Positions 1 through 14,581 of a DNA stretch of 64,000 nt are shown one piece after another. Made by a program: the position numbers and the translations under genes. The notes under the pieces are model-generated. The model did not search any database and had not been told where the DNA came from. It saw only the letters and a list, made by a program, of their open reading frames with translations. Source of the DNA: Raillietiella orientalis (taxonomy: Eukaryota); the NCBI GenBank assembly GCA_036172245.1, contig JAYWIR010000003.1, forward strand, positions 6,076,001-6,140,000, written 5' to 3'. How positions within the stretch are numbered: position 1 is the first letter of the stretch; every line of letters starts with the position of its first letter.

Positions 1-997
1 GTTTGTTTGGTAAAGCAGGAAGAGAGAGTCCAGATTTAGTTAACTTGGACTGGATCTGTGCCTGAAAGTATATATATTATTGCCATACAGATACATATTT
101 TAAAATAACATTACTAAGAACATATGCATCTTTACTTCAGTATACTCAGTAACAGATATAATGCCTTGATCTAAATCTCAGGACACTTTTGCAAACATGT
201 CTGCCATGTAACGTTTGGACATACCCCCAAAATTTAGAAACCTGCCAAACCTGTAGCTGAGCAATCTTCCGAGTTTTCTCCTCTGCCTCCCTTTGCTGCT
301 GTTGTTGCTGATGCTGATGAGCAAGCGTAAGAGCTACTTGTTCTGGAAGAGTAGGTCCAATCTGAGGCAGTTTTCCGATACCCAGGGCAGTGAGAGCTTT
401 TTTTCGTTCTTCTATCATCTTCTGAGCCTGAGCCATCATTTGCTTAATCTAAAGAATTGCAAATATCACTTTAAAACTGTGTCAAAACAATTCTTACTTG
501 GTTTGCTGATAAGTGATCATCAGAAGCATTTGAATCAGGTTTTTTCCTGGAATCTTCCCTATTTCGGCTTCGTTTGTTTTCAATTTCTCCTTTTTCATCA
601 TAATCCAAGTGTCGTTTCTTTGAACTTGAATGTTTTTTTTGAACATCATTTAAATATTCAAAAACTTTATCTACTAATTTTATAGCTTTATCCTTGTCCA
701 TGTAAGATGACAATTTTTCTGGAAAAGCATTTACTTTTTAATTTAAAAATCTTAGAAAGATGAAAAAGAAGGTGACTGCTCACAAAGATTAAGTTAAAAA
801 ATCACATACATTATGTATTAATACTTGAAATGCTTAATAATATACTGACCACCAATACGTTTCTTATCATATCCATCTACAAGATAATTCATTGTAGAAG
901 ACACCACTTTAGTATCTTTTGAGCCCAAGTAACGATCAACAGCTTTTTCAACATAAGGTTTAAAGGTTTCCATATCATGTTTGGCAAGTAGTGGCAT
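1..997 (-). CDS. PRPF3: U4/U6 snRNP protein Prp3, 5' portion (continues past the left edge). Exons: 997-850, 718-498, 448-251, 61-<1
   Basis: Spliced translation MPLLAKHDMETFKPYVEKAVDRYLGSKDTKVVSSTMNYLVDGYDKKRIG|EKLSSYMDKDKAIKLVDKVFEYL resembles the N-terminal PWI-like domain of metazoan PRPF3. It is followed by Q|IKQMMAQAQKMIEERKK and KIAQLQ|AQIQSKL, both typical of PRPF3. All junctions are GT-AG with consistent phases. Confidence 0.9.
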
Positions 998-3900
998 TTT
1001 TGAATGTTTCGGATGACTTTATTTCGATAAAGTTCAATTCACTCTACTGAAGTTCTGTATGTAATTTTGCCAAACTGGAAAATCAATAAAAAATGAAAAT
1101 TTTTAAATCAATAATTTCAAAAGAAAATTACATCTAAAATCAAATGCAAACAAGGAAAAATTACTTGCATCCCTCCCTTATTACACAATGGATAATAAAG
1201 ATATCTTACTTGTACTTAGTAAATTTATTTACCAAGAAATTAAGACCACATTATGGCTTAAATCCAAATCATTACAAAATAATCATATTTTTTTAATACT
1301 ACCTACAGATGATAACATTACAGGCATTTACATGTAAACCCTTGGATTCAGTGTTGCCACGTTTCACCATTCAACTAACTAAAAAATTTTGGAACTGATT
1401 GACAAAACCTTCGATATCAACATACAATTATAAGTATCCATGAAATTTGAATGTCTTTGCATGTTTATAACAGAAACACTTTATCAACATGTCTGGATAC
1501 AGGAAAATCTTATATACAATATATAGTTCTGTATGTGACATTCATATTCACCCATATGTTTGCATCAAGAGATGACATATGAGCATGTGTGCATCAGTAT
1601 AAAACAGATATAATTAAGCTCTGCAGTGCATTTATACGTATATAAATATGTTATATGCATATATATGTGAATGGATTGGATCAAGAATCAAAATGAATTA
1701 ATATTGTCATACTAAGATAATCATAAGCATTATTGTTAAGCATTTTTCCTGAAGCAAAACAACACAAGCCTCTCGATCTAATCTTTTAAAAGAAGGTAAA
1801 TTCTGGAATAAGGAAGAACAGGCTGGATAAAAACGGACTTTATTTACACAGAATTTTACGGGTGGAGTACAATTTTGAATATAAATACCGATTATATATG
1901 CATTTTAAGCTGAAGAAAGTTCATTAAAGAGGAATGAGAAGAGATACATGTGCTGAAATAAAAGAAGCTCTGAAAACAAGAATAAGAAAAGAAGTGATGC
2001 TATAAGAAAGATTTAGATCTTGCATGGTCAGAACTGAAAAAAAAATAACCTTTTAACACTTGCGATGCAAGTGCTATTGTGCAAAAAACACAGAAATCGA
2101 AATTTTGTCTAGAGAAAATTTTATAGTATTCATTGAGATTTCAAATAGATTAAATTTTTATTTTACTGGTTATCTGTGATGGTGTGTGCGGTTTCAGAGA
2201 ATAGAGTGCTGGAGGTTCACTTATTATTCGGTATTTTTCGGCAGAAGTATACATTATAAAACATTTTATTATTTTGCTGCTAACACCATAATAGAATATG
2301 TTTTCTTGCATTATTGGATGAATAATTTTTGCTTATTTTGTTTGCATCCGACAGATTGCTTTGGTTTCATTCACCGTAAAATTTAAGAACATGACGCTTA
2401 ATCCTGTTTGAATAAACGAGTAGATGATGGTTACAATTCTTCCAGCGTTCTTTTTAATCATGGAGTTAGTCCATGTTCCATATCTCCGTGAACTCATGTT
2501 TTCATTCTAGACAGAAAGCTTCAACAATTTCCTGTAATTAGGTGAATCTTTTTTACATTTGCAACACACGGGAAGTCTGATGGATTTCTTCAACTAAACA
2601 AAAATTCTTCGGTAAGGTTACTGCTATACATCCAAACATCGAAAAAATTTCTTTTAGATCTTTTAAATTCCAATAGTAACAAAAAAAGGAATGTGGATTG
2701 TAAGCTAGGATTTCAGTTTTATCTTCACATTTCAGATTTTCTCCAAATTTGATTATAAAAATAAGATATCTTTTTGATTTTACATTGTTGGCTACAAATA
2801 CCATTAAGAACTTAAAATTCCAATGCGTCATTCAAATCATGGACACTTTTTCACAAGCCATCTTCCAAGCACTCTGGCAGAAATAAAAGCGAAACTGTTC
2901 CCAAATTTGCGATCATAGCAATTTCTTTAATCTGCAAGTTTCCGTATTGTTAGAAGTCTGAGTTTATGTATTTTCCATTTTTTTCTGTTGCTTCAGTTTT
3001 GTGGTAACTTTTATTTAGTAGTCACATGTGGAAGCTGCGAATTCATAGTGGATCCTCCGTGAATGGCAGCAATACCTAATATTTATTTATCAAGAGTCGA
3101 TCAAAAGATGTTCTATGCGCACAGGAATAAACAAAAAATTATGAATTGTTTGATTCCATGTACGTAAGAATTCAAACCTTTTTGCATATAATTTCACAAG
3201 TTACGTCTTTCCATTCGTAGGGCCACATAAGTTTTCTGCTAGTTCACCTCTTCTCAAAATACCTTTCAATTTTGATGACACACACAACAGTAAGGCCTAT
3301 TTTTTGGTGAGTTTCCAAAGCTACGGCTAATTATTTTGTACTTTTGATTTCTACTGAGTACAAGTGGATACAAGTGGATCAAATTTATAGATTCTGCGTT
3401 CATGTTTTCAGTAATGTCCATATTTATGCCTATGTTGTTCGTCATGATCCTTCGATTTTCATCTCAGTCAGTCGACGGCTCAGTTAGCTAGTGTTATCCT
3501 ACTGCAGCACTATTTTCTATCTTGAATCCATTCTGCTCCACAAATCTGTGGATTCAGTATGCTCCTGAAATGTTCACTTCTACTGCAAATGATACTGATA
3601 GTTTTTCTATTGCAACTACATCACTGATACACAGTGACGGAATTTTAGTTTGCGTTCAAATTGCGACCTCTTTCCTCAAAGTCACTACCTTGATCTTCTT
3701 GAAATGGAAGTTGTATACGTTTTCTCATACTTTTCATTTTCAGATGCTCAGTTTATTTGCATGTTAGATTTCCTTTTTCTTCTACAATGCTAAGAGCGAG
3801 CCAATACAAGTTGAATTTTGGCCCTATTAGCAGCAGCTAAGAACCTAAAAGAAAGTTGTGGCCCACTGCTATATTCTTCACTATGTCTCATTTCTTGCTA

Positions 3901-6211
3901 TTCGTGATGCGTAAGCCTTGTAGAGTAAAGGACTATTATTTGCGTACCTTCTGTTTTCTCTTTTCTCTTCTCTGTGTTTTACAGCCCAGAAGATACCATA
4001 AATATCTAACAGCAGGCACTTAAGTTGTGTTTGTATCTGCTCTGTCTACATTTGCTTACTGATGAAGATCCGGTAAAGAGGTTTGAATTCTGGATGAAAG
4101 CAGAGAGCTTGTTTTCTAAAACGAATTTCGCATGCATAGCCTATTTTCAACGAAAGCGAAGAAAACAGAAGGATAGAGCTTCACAGGGACAAGACCGACT
4201 CCTAGCAATTCATGTCTGGTGCAAAGCTGATTTATCTAAAATCAGTGTCATATATGTCATCAATCAGGCTAATTTTAATTGATTTCGCTGGAAACATAGC
4301 CTATATGACAAGGCCTACATTTTCCTTTTTACCAAATCTCTAAGAAATTTCAACGTCTTTCTAATTGCTCTTATAACTAAAAAAATATCATCAAGACTTT
4401 TATTCATTCTCACTAACTGCACATATATAATCAATATTTCTCTTTTATCAGCATTGCCCTTATTTTTAATTTACCTTTTAGATCCTTTGACTTCCACTAT
4501 GAATTGGAAAATGTATTTAATTAGTACAGTTGAACCTTTGATCTATCTCCGAGTAGTCATTTCGTCAAAATCAGTTCGGATTGCGAGAACGCACAGATTG
4601 TAAATGCTAAAGAAAATTGCTGCGGAAAATGCGTAGAATATATAGAAGAATATTCGTATTTAATAGTATAGAATATAGATATTAGTTTATAGTATAGAAT
4701 GATTTTCATAGTAATCGAGTATGCTGGCTCAAGAGTTTTAATAATTTACTAGAGAAGGATGTAGAGGATTGAGAGAATCCGTGATTCCAAAGCAGGAAAC
4801 TTCGTACTGAATATGGCTTGTATTATCATAATGATATTTAATGTTTATCTTGATGGTCATTTTTCAACTCATGCAGGGACTAAGATAAATTTACAAATTA
4901 GGGACCAAAAGAGTGTAAACTGCATCATTTTTGAGAAATGCCAACTAGTTTTTGGTAAAATAATGGCTAAAACCTTATATCAGCTTAGCAGCTATATTTT
5001 TCTTCACCTATTTAAAGAGCTCTCTACTGTGCAGCATACTGAATTGTCCATTGAGAATTACAACAATTCACAATGAATTCAATAACGAAACACCGGCAAG
5101 TTTTGTATTGCAATAAATATTTCCAACTAAACTTTGGTAGCTTCGAATTTTACCACTTCGATTATTTTTTCATTTGCCATTTCCGCCTAATGATATGTAT
5201 TTCTTACCGTCTTCGAATTATTTAGACCTATTCTTTTAGATGCATTGTAGTATTTGATTTTTGTTTTCTGTGTATAAGAGCATTCTCTGTGCACTGCTTG
5301 AATAAAAACACTTTACTGATTTAACAATACCAAATGTTATTTTCTTATTCAAGCCCAATAGACAGTTATGTATTAAATGGTTCATTCCTGAGATAATCAA
5401 AAATAGCATTGATAGATAAAAGGAACATTTTTCCGTACAGTACAATTGTTCCAACTTGTTTTTTGCACACATGAAGGAAAGCCAATCTATTTGCATTAAA
5501 CAGATCACAGCGTGAAATATGCAGCACTTTTAGCTTTCAATGAATTTTATCCCCCCAGTAGAACCATTTTAGCAATTTTCCATTTCACTTTGTATTTGCT
5601 TTCGCTAATAAACCTCGGTTGCTATGATAGAATTTGATTTGTGCTTCAATATCTTTTGATAATTATTTCTAAAGTAACCCACGGAGAATTAGTGGAAAAG
5701 CTGTTTGAATGCATAATTATATATGTTCAGACATCCTGAACACAATAATTCGTGGAAAGATGAAGTGTTAATTATTGGATACCCTCTGGCGGTTTATTTT
5801 GAAAACGTAACTAGAAACGTTTGGTTTTAGCGTGGCATACTCGGTTGACAACTCATCACATGCCTGAAGTGTTGCATGAACAGAGTTTAATGTATATACA
5901 GATCTGAAGATTTTAATCAGTGTTGTCTATGTATTAGAACATTTTTTTTTGTTTTCATATTGAGGTTTTCTGTTTTTTTGCGTTAGTTTTTAATGCCAAT
6001 TTTAAAAAATGTTGTAATATAACTTTTCCTATTACAGTATTGCATGATTAAAGGTTATTTAAAAAATGCCCAACCTAAAAAGTGTGTGGAAGCTAATTCA
6101 TTGTGAATACTGTATTTTATCCGAAATGAAATTTGTTTGGTATAATGGAATATACGTAACCAACAATGTAAATGTTGCTTCAAGTTTTTTTGTTTGACAG
6201 GCAGTCATAGG

Positions 6212-7021
6212 ATGGTTTTTATTTCATCTAGAATGTTTTCCAAGAAATCATCTACATGTGTCTTCAAGCATGCTAGATGGATGTGGACAAAAATAAACAA
6301 ACAAGAGTCCATGAGTGAACATGAAAGCTTGGGTAATAAGTCTCAACATCAGTCTTTGAAAGATTTGTGCATACTGGTTGATGAACAGGATCGAGTGATT
6401 GGTTCTGCTACCAAAGAACAATGCCATCGTTTTGTTGCTCCAAACTGTAAAGGCTTATTGCATCGTGCATTTAGCATTTTAGTTTTCAACACATCTGGAC
6501 AACTCCTAATGCAACAGAGATCTCCATATAAAGTACCTTTTGCAAATTGCTGGGCAAATTCATGTTGCAGTCACCCCCTTTACACATCTTCTGATTTAGT
6601 GTGTGAAAATTATCAAGGTGTAAAGACTGCAGCACAGAGAAGGCTTGGGCAAGAGTTAGGTATAAAGGACATTGAATTGGATGACCTAATATTTTTAACC
6701 CGCATCCGTTATTGTTTTGCATGGAATAAGGGTGCCTGGGGAGAAAATGAATTAGACTACATTCTTGTAGCTAAGAAAGATGTGGAACTAAATCCCAATC
6801 CAGATGAAGTGCAAAATGTTTGCTTTGTTAGCAGAGAGCAAATGTCAAGTATGTTGCAGGAATGTAGTATTGCACCGTGGTTTCAATTATTGTGGGATCA
6901 TTGGCTTCCACATTGGTGGGACAATTTGGATAAATTAGATTCTCTTGTTGATCCACATACAATTCATTCATATAACTCATCTGATGTAAAACGTGTGAAC
7001 AGTGCTAGGCACAGTTTATAA
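6212..7021 (+). CDS. IDI1: Isopentenyl-diphosphate delta-isomerase (type 1, Nudix fold); uninterrupted CDS, 269 aa from the first ATG
   Basis: Motifs CILVDEQD, GLLHRAFS, LLMQQRS, NSCCSHPL (catalytic Cys), AAQRRLGQELGI, FLTRIRY, WGENELDYIL (catalytic Glu) and PNPDEV. First ATG is at 6212, after a polypyrimidine/AG acceptor at 6199-6200. AATAAA at 7045-7050. Confidence 0.96.
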   Translation: MVFISSRMFSKKSSTCVFKHARWMWTKINKQESMSEHESLGNKSQHQSLKDLCILVDEQDRVIGSATKEQCHRFVAPNCKGLLHRAFSILVFNTSGQLLMQQRSPYKVPFANCWANSCCSHPLYTSSDLVCENYQGVKTAAQRRLGQELGIKDIELDDLIFLTRIRYCFAWNKGAWGENELDYILVAKKDVELNPNPDEVQNVCFVSREQMSSMLQECSIAPWFQLLWDHWLPHWWDNLDKLDSLVDPHTIHSYNSSDVKRVNSARHSL

Positions 7022-7044
7022 AAGTGCATAGGATACCATGCTGG

Positions 7045-7050
7045 AATAAA
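7045..7050 (+). promoter_or_regulatory. Candidate polyadenylation signal of IDI1
   Basis: AATAAA starting 24 nt after the IDI1 stop codon. A second AATAAA lies near 7175. Confidence 0.45.
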
Positions 7051-7911
7051 TTTTTATTTAAAACAAGTCATGCTGAATATTGAATTACATCCTGAATTTC
7101 AATTTTTGCATGATGTGCAAGCCCAGATGTGGATTTAACCAACCATTTGAATTCACACAGAAACAAAAGTGCGAAATAAAATTTCAATTTAGTGCCTTTG
7201 TACACATATAGAATTTACAATGATTTGGCTTGTCAACAGCAACATCAAAGATAGTTTAATCAGATTCAAATTTTTTAATATAACCCTAACACTAAAATAC
7301 GAGTTATACACAAGCATTAGCACATGGAATGTAAACAATTTTTTGCTTGTGGCGTTGGAAAAAAAAATAGTTCAGTCTGTGAAGTACACATTAATATATT
7401 GATGCATTATATTTGTTAGTTAGGATACCAATCTGGGAATAGTAATCAGCATCCAGAGGAGTTCATTTTTTCCCTAAACTAACAATCGGTATTTGCTCAA
7501 TAGTGTATTATCTCCCATGTAAAATGCAAAGGCACAAACGTTTCGTCATATCTAAAATTTTCGACTGTAAATAATCCATTTACTCGTAACAAAATTATGC
7601 TGCATCGAAGTCGAAAGGGACAACCGCCTTTTCGCTCCGATTCAGACAAGTGTACGTATCGAAATTCAATAAAGAAAACTTCAACTATACCTAACTAAGG
7701 GTTAGATTCCATGTTGCTTACCAGTTTAATTCCTTGCATTTAAAAATCTCTTGAAACTATTTCGTCCTCATATACTACTGCATTCTCAAGTCTTGGATTC
7801 ATAACTACAGAAGAAAGCTTCTTCATTTCTGCAAGTTTTACATTATTTTGGTGAGGGCGTTAGATTTAACATTTTGAAATCTTTTACTACAGATGTGGAG
7901 CCAGAGTTTCG

Positions 7912-8519
7912 TGAGTTCGACATTAATGTTAAATGGAAATGCGAAATGATTTATCGAGAAGAAACTTAAGTAGAGCGATGTAAGTAGGATACAGGTCCTT
8001 TACGTTCTTTTGTTTCTTAATTTCTGATTACTCTTTCCTGTTAGTGTTCTTCAACGTAAATTCCATGGCTACATGAAGAGAATTTTTCTGTACTTTCCGA
8101 AAAATGATGCATAGCAGCTCAGACTCCTTTAAAATGGCATTATGGAAGTATCATTAACCAAGGGAAAAATATTTTCAAAGTAAATCTCATTTTTTCATTT
8201 GAGGATACATGTGTACTTATTAAAATTATGCGAAGGAATTTAATTTCCTTGTATTAACACGGTGTTGTAAGCCAGAAACTCATGCTTACTTCTAAATCAA
8301 CAGTGAGTTAGTAAATTCCTGCTTCTGGAGAGTGCATTTACGTTTTCTTTCTGACGTTTCTGAATAGATCTCCACAAAAGTTTGTCTGACCATATGTTGT
8401 AAATTTTATTTTCAGCTCCATAAAATCAATGTGATTCACGTGTTCATTCTGAACCTCTCATTAAGTTTCTTCCCTATAAATTATTTCACACCTTTCATTT
8501 AACCATAATGTTAAACTCA
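7912..8519. repeat. Diverged inverted repeat pair (7912-7969 and 8461-8519), probably decayed paralogous coding 3' ends
   Basis: Hand alignment of 7912-7969 with the reverse complement of 8461-8519 gives about 48/59 identities. Both copies translate to ...CE(M/I)IYREET*. Confidence 0.75.
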
Positions 8520-11500
8520 TCAACCTCTCCATCTTCATCAGTTCAATTCGAAAGGGTCCACAGAATTTCACAATGCATATCCCCGTTTTCAAATTTAAAC
8601 AGGGTTCGAATCCCAATTCTAAGGCTAGGAATACTTTTTTGAAAATCTGCACCGTAATGAATATAGAATTCATCAGAAATTGACATTCAAACTGAATATC
8701 GATTTCAGGAAAAGTTCTGTCATTTAAAGTTTCTCGCCTTTGAGATTGCATAAATGCTCTATTTTTGAATGCATTCCTTCATATTTCACTTCATTGGAAG
8801 ATATCTATAGATTATTGAGATGCTCACTGATAATGCTATCGCTGTTTTGTTTATCTCCATATCAAAAAAATAAAACGAGAAACAAATCGAAAGAGAAATT
8901 AACATCACTGTTACAAGATGAACTGAGATTTAAATGGAAACGTAAATACATATCTGTAGGTTTTTTACTTTTTCTATGGATCTGATTCTCTGGCTTTTTT
9001 TCATAAGGTATTTCAAAAATCTGCAAAGAAATTCAAGTGACATTTGTTCATTAAATAGAATATTAACAATTGAGTTCCGTAGAGCATACATGCATTTTGT
9101 TTATTCATGAAGAATTATCGTGATATTTCCGTGAATATCCGTGAACTTGCATATATAGCCTAATTCTTTCCAGTAGCCCCTACATCTGAATACGACAGCG
9201 ATTGTGCTGAACTTTCAACCATCCGTATTTTATCCAAAATTGTTTTACAGTAGAATGAAAAAAAGACTGATGAAAACTAATGTAGAAAAATGTCAAAGAT
9301 CATGAAGGATGAACAAAAAATTTTTTTCATAAAAGCATTTATGGAAGCGTTTCGCAATAACAATAAAAAAAAACAAGAACTAAAATTTCCAAAATTAAAC
9401 GTGCATGTAAATGATTTTTTCGTGTCACTAATATAGGTATGCTTTTCTTTCTTCAACATCTTTTAATCGTTTATTTTAATTGTTTTGGCATATGACTATA
9501 CATACTCGAGAAAAAGCACGTGAATGCATCCCTTAAATGCAGTTTGGAAAATAATTTCTTGGATTTTGCTTTGTCCATTGTTATGATTAAATCATGTGTT
9601 TTCTGTACATTAGTGGTCTTAGGATGACCCCTTTGATAAACTTTCGTTCTCGTATTGTAAAAAAAAAAATTGTTGTTTCATGTAGCTTAGAGAAACATGC
9701 ATCACTAGTCATATTGATGCCGTTGTTATTTTATGACGCGTACAATCCATTGTGCGTCTAATAAGGATCGAATGTATAATTTCAATCTCAATGAAATTAT
9801 CATTAAATTTGTTTTTGCTTTTTGTGTTCAAGAGTATTCGAAGGTGTTTTGGAAAACACTTTAGCAATAAATGTTTCCTTTGCAAAGCGAAACAGGAGGG
9901 ATCAGTGAAATAAAACGTTCTAGTACTTTTGATATCGTGTCATCAGTTTGCACACCGTTGTTCCTCGTAATATGGAGAGCGAATTAGAAAACACCAAAAA
10001 CTTTCGTTTAATCCACGCTGGAGGCTAGATCCTAATAAGTAGAAGCTGATCTATAAATGTAATGTAAATCGAAAAAGTACAGTGCACAAATACATTTAAA
10101 AAAAAGCCCCAATTAGCGTGCTTCATTACTCAATTAATCATTGCTGTATACTGTTTTTCTTTTTACCACAAAAATCTCAAAAATCTTTTAGCAAATATAC
10201 TTTACCATAATGGAAGAAAATTAAGCAGCGTATTGAAAATTTAGTTTCAGTTCACATGAATTCTAGTTTATATGAGTGCAATGTTAATAGTTTTAGTAAA
10301 TATTGTTCTGGTACTTCTTGCTAGCCCAACGAGACTTTTGACGGTGTTGTGGAAGAAAATCCCTAATGTAAACCGTTTGAGGCAGCGGCCCTTCTAATTC
10401 GTGAAAATGTCATTTCCAACAAGTATTGAAATCCCTTTAATTATAAATGGAGACCTTACATTTACGAAAATTATTCCTAAGATGAATATTGGTAATTGCC
10501 AAAACGTATAATGGTTTTTTAATTTTATTATTCATTCTCAGCTTCTTGAGAATAATGCATAATAAGGCTGCTTGTCTAATTTAGGATGACAGTGGACATA
10601 TGCATTTTTCTGCAGCAGTACGTTTGTACTTGATTAATCTCTCCAGACGTAAATTTTTTAAGTTTCTCTTTCAAGAAGTCAGCTATTACTGATAGCAATT
10701 TTTACCTTGTCAGAAAGGTTGAGATGAACAGATGTTTTTATATGTAATGAGATAAAGATAGATTGGGATCATGTCAAGAATTCTTCGTCATGTGAGGAAA
10801 CTTAGAGACCCTCACATTTGATCGATCTAGTAGGGCTTTAGTTGCTGTTCGGAAAAGATCCTTCCTAGTTATTTTTGTGGTCACTGATTATGCGTTTACG
10901 TTTGATTCAATTACCCAGATGCCTGCTTGGAAATCTTAAAATTAATTTAAAACTCGAGAAAACATTGCTTCTGTGCAGTGATCAATTTCTTTTTGTTCCA
11001 GTTCCGATTATTTCTTTAAATAAACATTTGAGCACACTGTAATACGGACAGTTACGTGAACTGCAAAGTGATAGGTAAAGATTACATGGGTTGGATCTCA
11101 ACTCATTTTATAATGCAAGGATCGGAAACTGAGTATTTTCTTTGTAAAAGGGAAATATCGGATCGGAATATTGAATAATTGAAGTTTAACATAATAAGCA
11201 TTTGGGATGTTATATCTTCGGCACATCAAATTGTGAGTGCAAATTAGGAAAAGCACTTCCTAACTGACATGTCATCTGTACATCTGCAGTACTCCTTTTG
11301 AATATAAGATAAGGATTCGGTGGTTTTGGATCCTGGAATACTTAACTGAAAGTAAGGAGTTTTGTCTACTCAGTTCAAAAATTGCCCATCTTGGGCAGTG
11401 TGATTTAACAATCTGTTACATTGTTATTGGCAATCTTCCATACAGTTTAAAGTATTGAATTGAAACAAAAGTTCGTACCTTGATAAAATCAAGCTATTAT

Positions 11501-12219
11501 TCTTATAATGCAGTTTTAAATTCAATTCTATTTTAATTTCTATGATTTTCTGTATTCTCAAAACAAATCTCTTGTAGACAGTCAGATTCTTCACTGGTAT
11601 TCCACAAAATCAAATAGTAATTGTATCTTCTGGACACTAATAGACATGTGGAAAAAATTTTCTTTCAGTATCCGCATCCGTTTTGTATTTTAAAGATTGA
11701 GTTGTCATAATCATATGTTGTTTAATGAATTGATATTGCTTCCCAATGCGATTTACTTCAAAAGTTTTGCAGTTTTGAGTATGGGTTTCAGTATATATGG
11801 GTGGCAAGTTGTAGCCTTTATAACAAATATTAACCCACTGTGAGAAGTTTATGTTATGCGCTATGGTACTTTTAAGTGAACAATTCCTTGTTTATGTGAT
11901 TTCACATTATTATCGTACAGAATGTGAATTGCTAATTCATTATAATGCATTAAAATTTCAGTTTCTGTACTAAAATTTGTCATGCATGGACAAAGATAAT
12001 AATTTTATGTAGTCAAGCAATTTTTTTTAAATCATTAAAATTAGACTGTTTCTCCAGATAACTGTAATGCTAGTTTCCGGTACTGCAGAAGTTACAGATC
12101 AGTTGGTGTTCATTAGTTTCTTGACTTATTTGTCTGCACTATTACTTTTTTACTAGCATATTTCCATATATTGAAAATTGCTCCAGATATTTTAGAGAAG
12201 GAAAAAACGGAGAATAAAC

Positions 12220-14425
<2,206 letters not shown>

Positions 14426-14559
14426 AGTGAGCATAGTTAACAGATATCAAATCCCTCCAAGATCTAGACTATGAATTCGTTATAAAATCTATTTTAATTC
14501 AGAACAGCTTGAGGAGCAAGGAGATGACTATTTAATTCATTTCCCATTATTATGCAAAG

Positions 14560-14581
14560 TTTTTTTTTTTTTTTTTTTTTT
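14560..14581 (+). repeat. Poly(T) tract in the probable SMU1 3' UTR
   Basis: Run of more than 20 T residues. Confidence 0.8.

Noticed and set aside
293..685. 130-aa + strand ORF with a Leu-rich, signal-like N-terminus
   Set aside because: It is the antisense shadow of PRPF3 exons. The Leu run is the reverse complement of the PRPF3 poly-Gln codons.
4525..7569. Pogo/Tc1-like TIR fragments (tacagttgaacc at 4525; ttcgactgta ending at 7569) bracketing IDI1 as a possible Pack-type element
   Set aside because: Only about 12/16 identity in AT-rich DNA, with no transposase and no further support.
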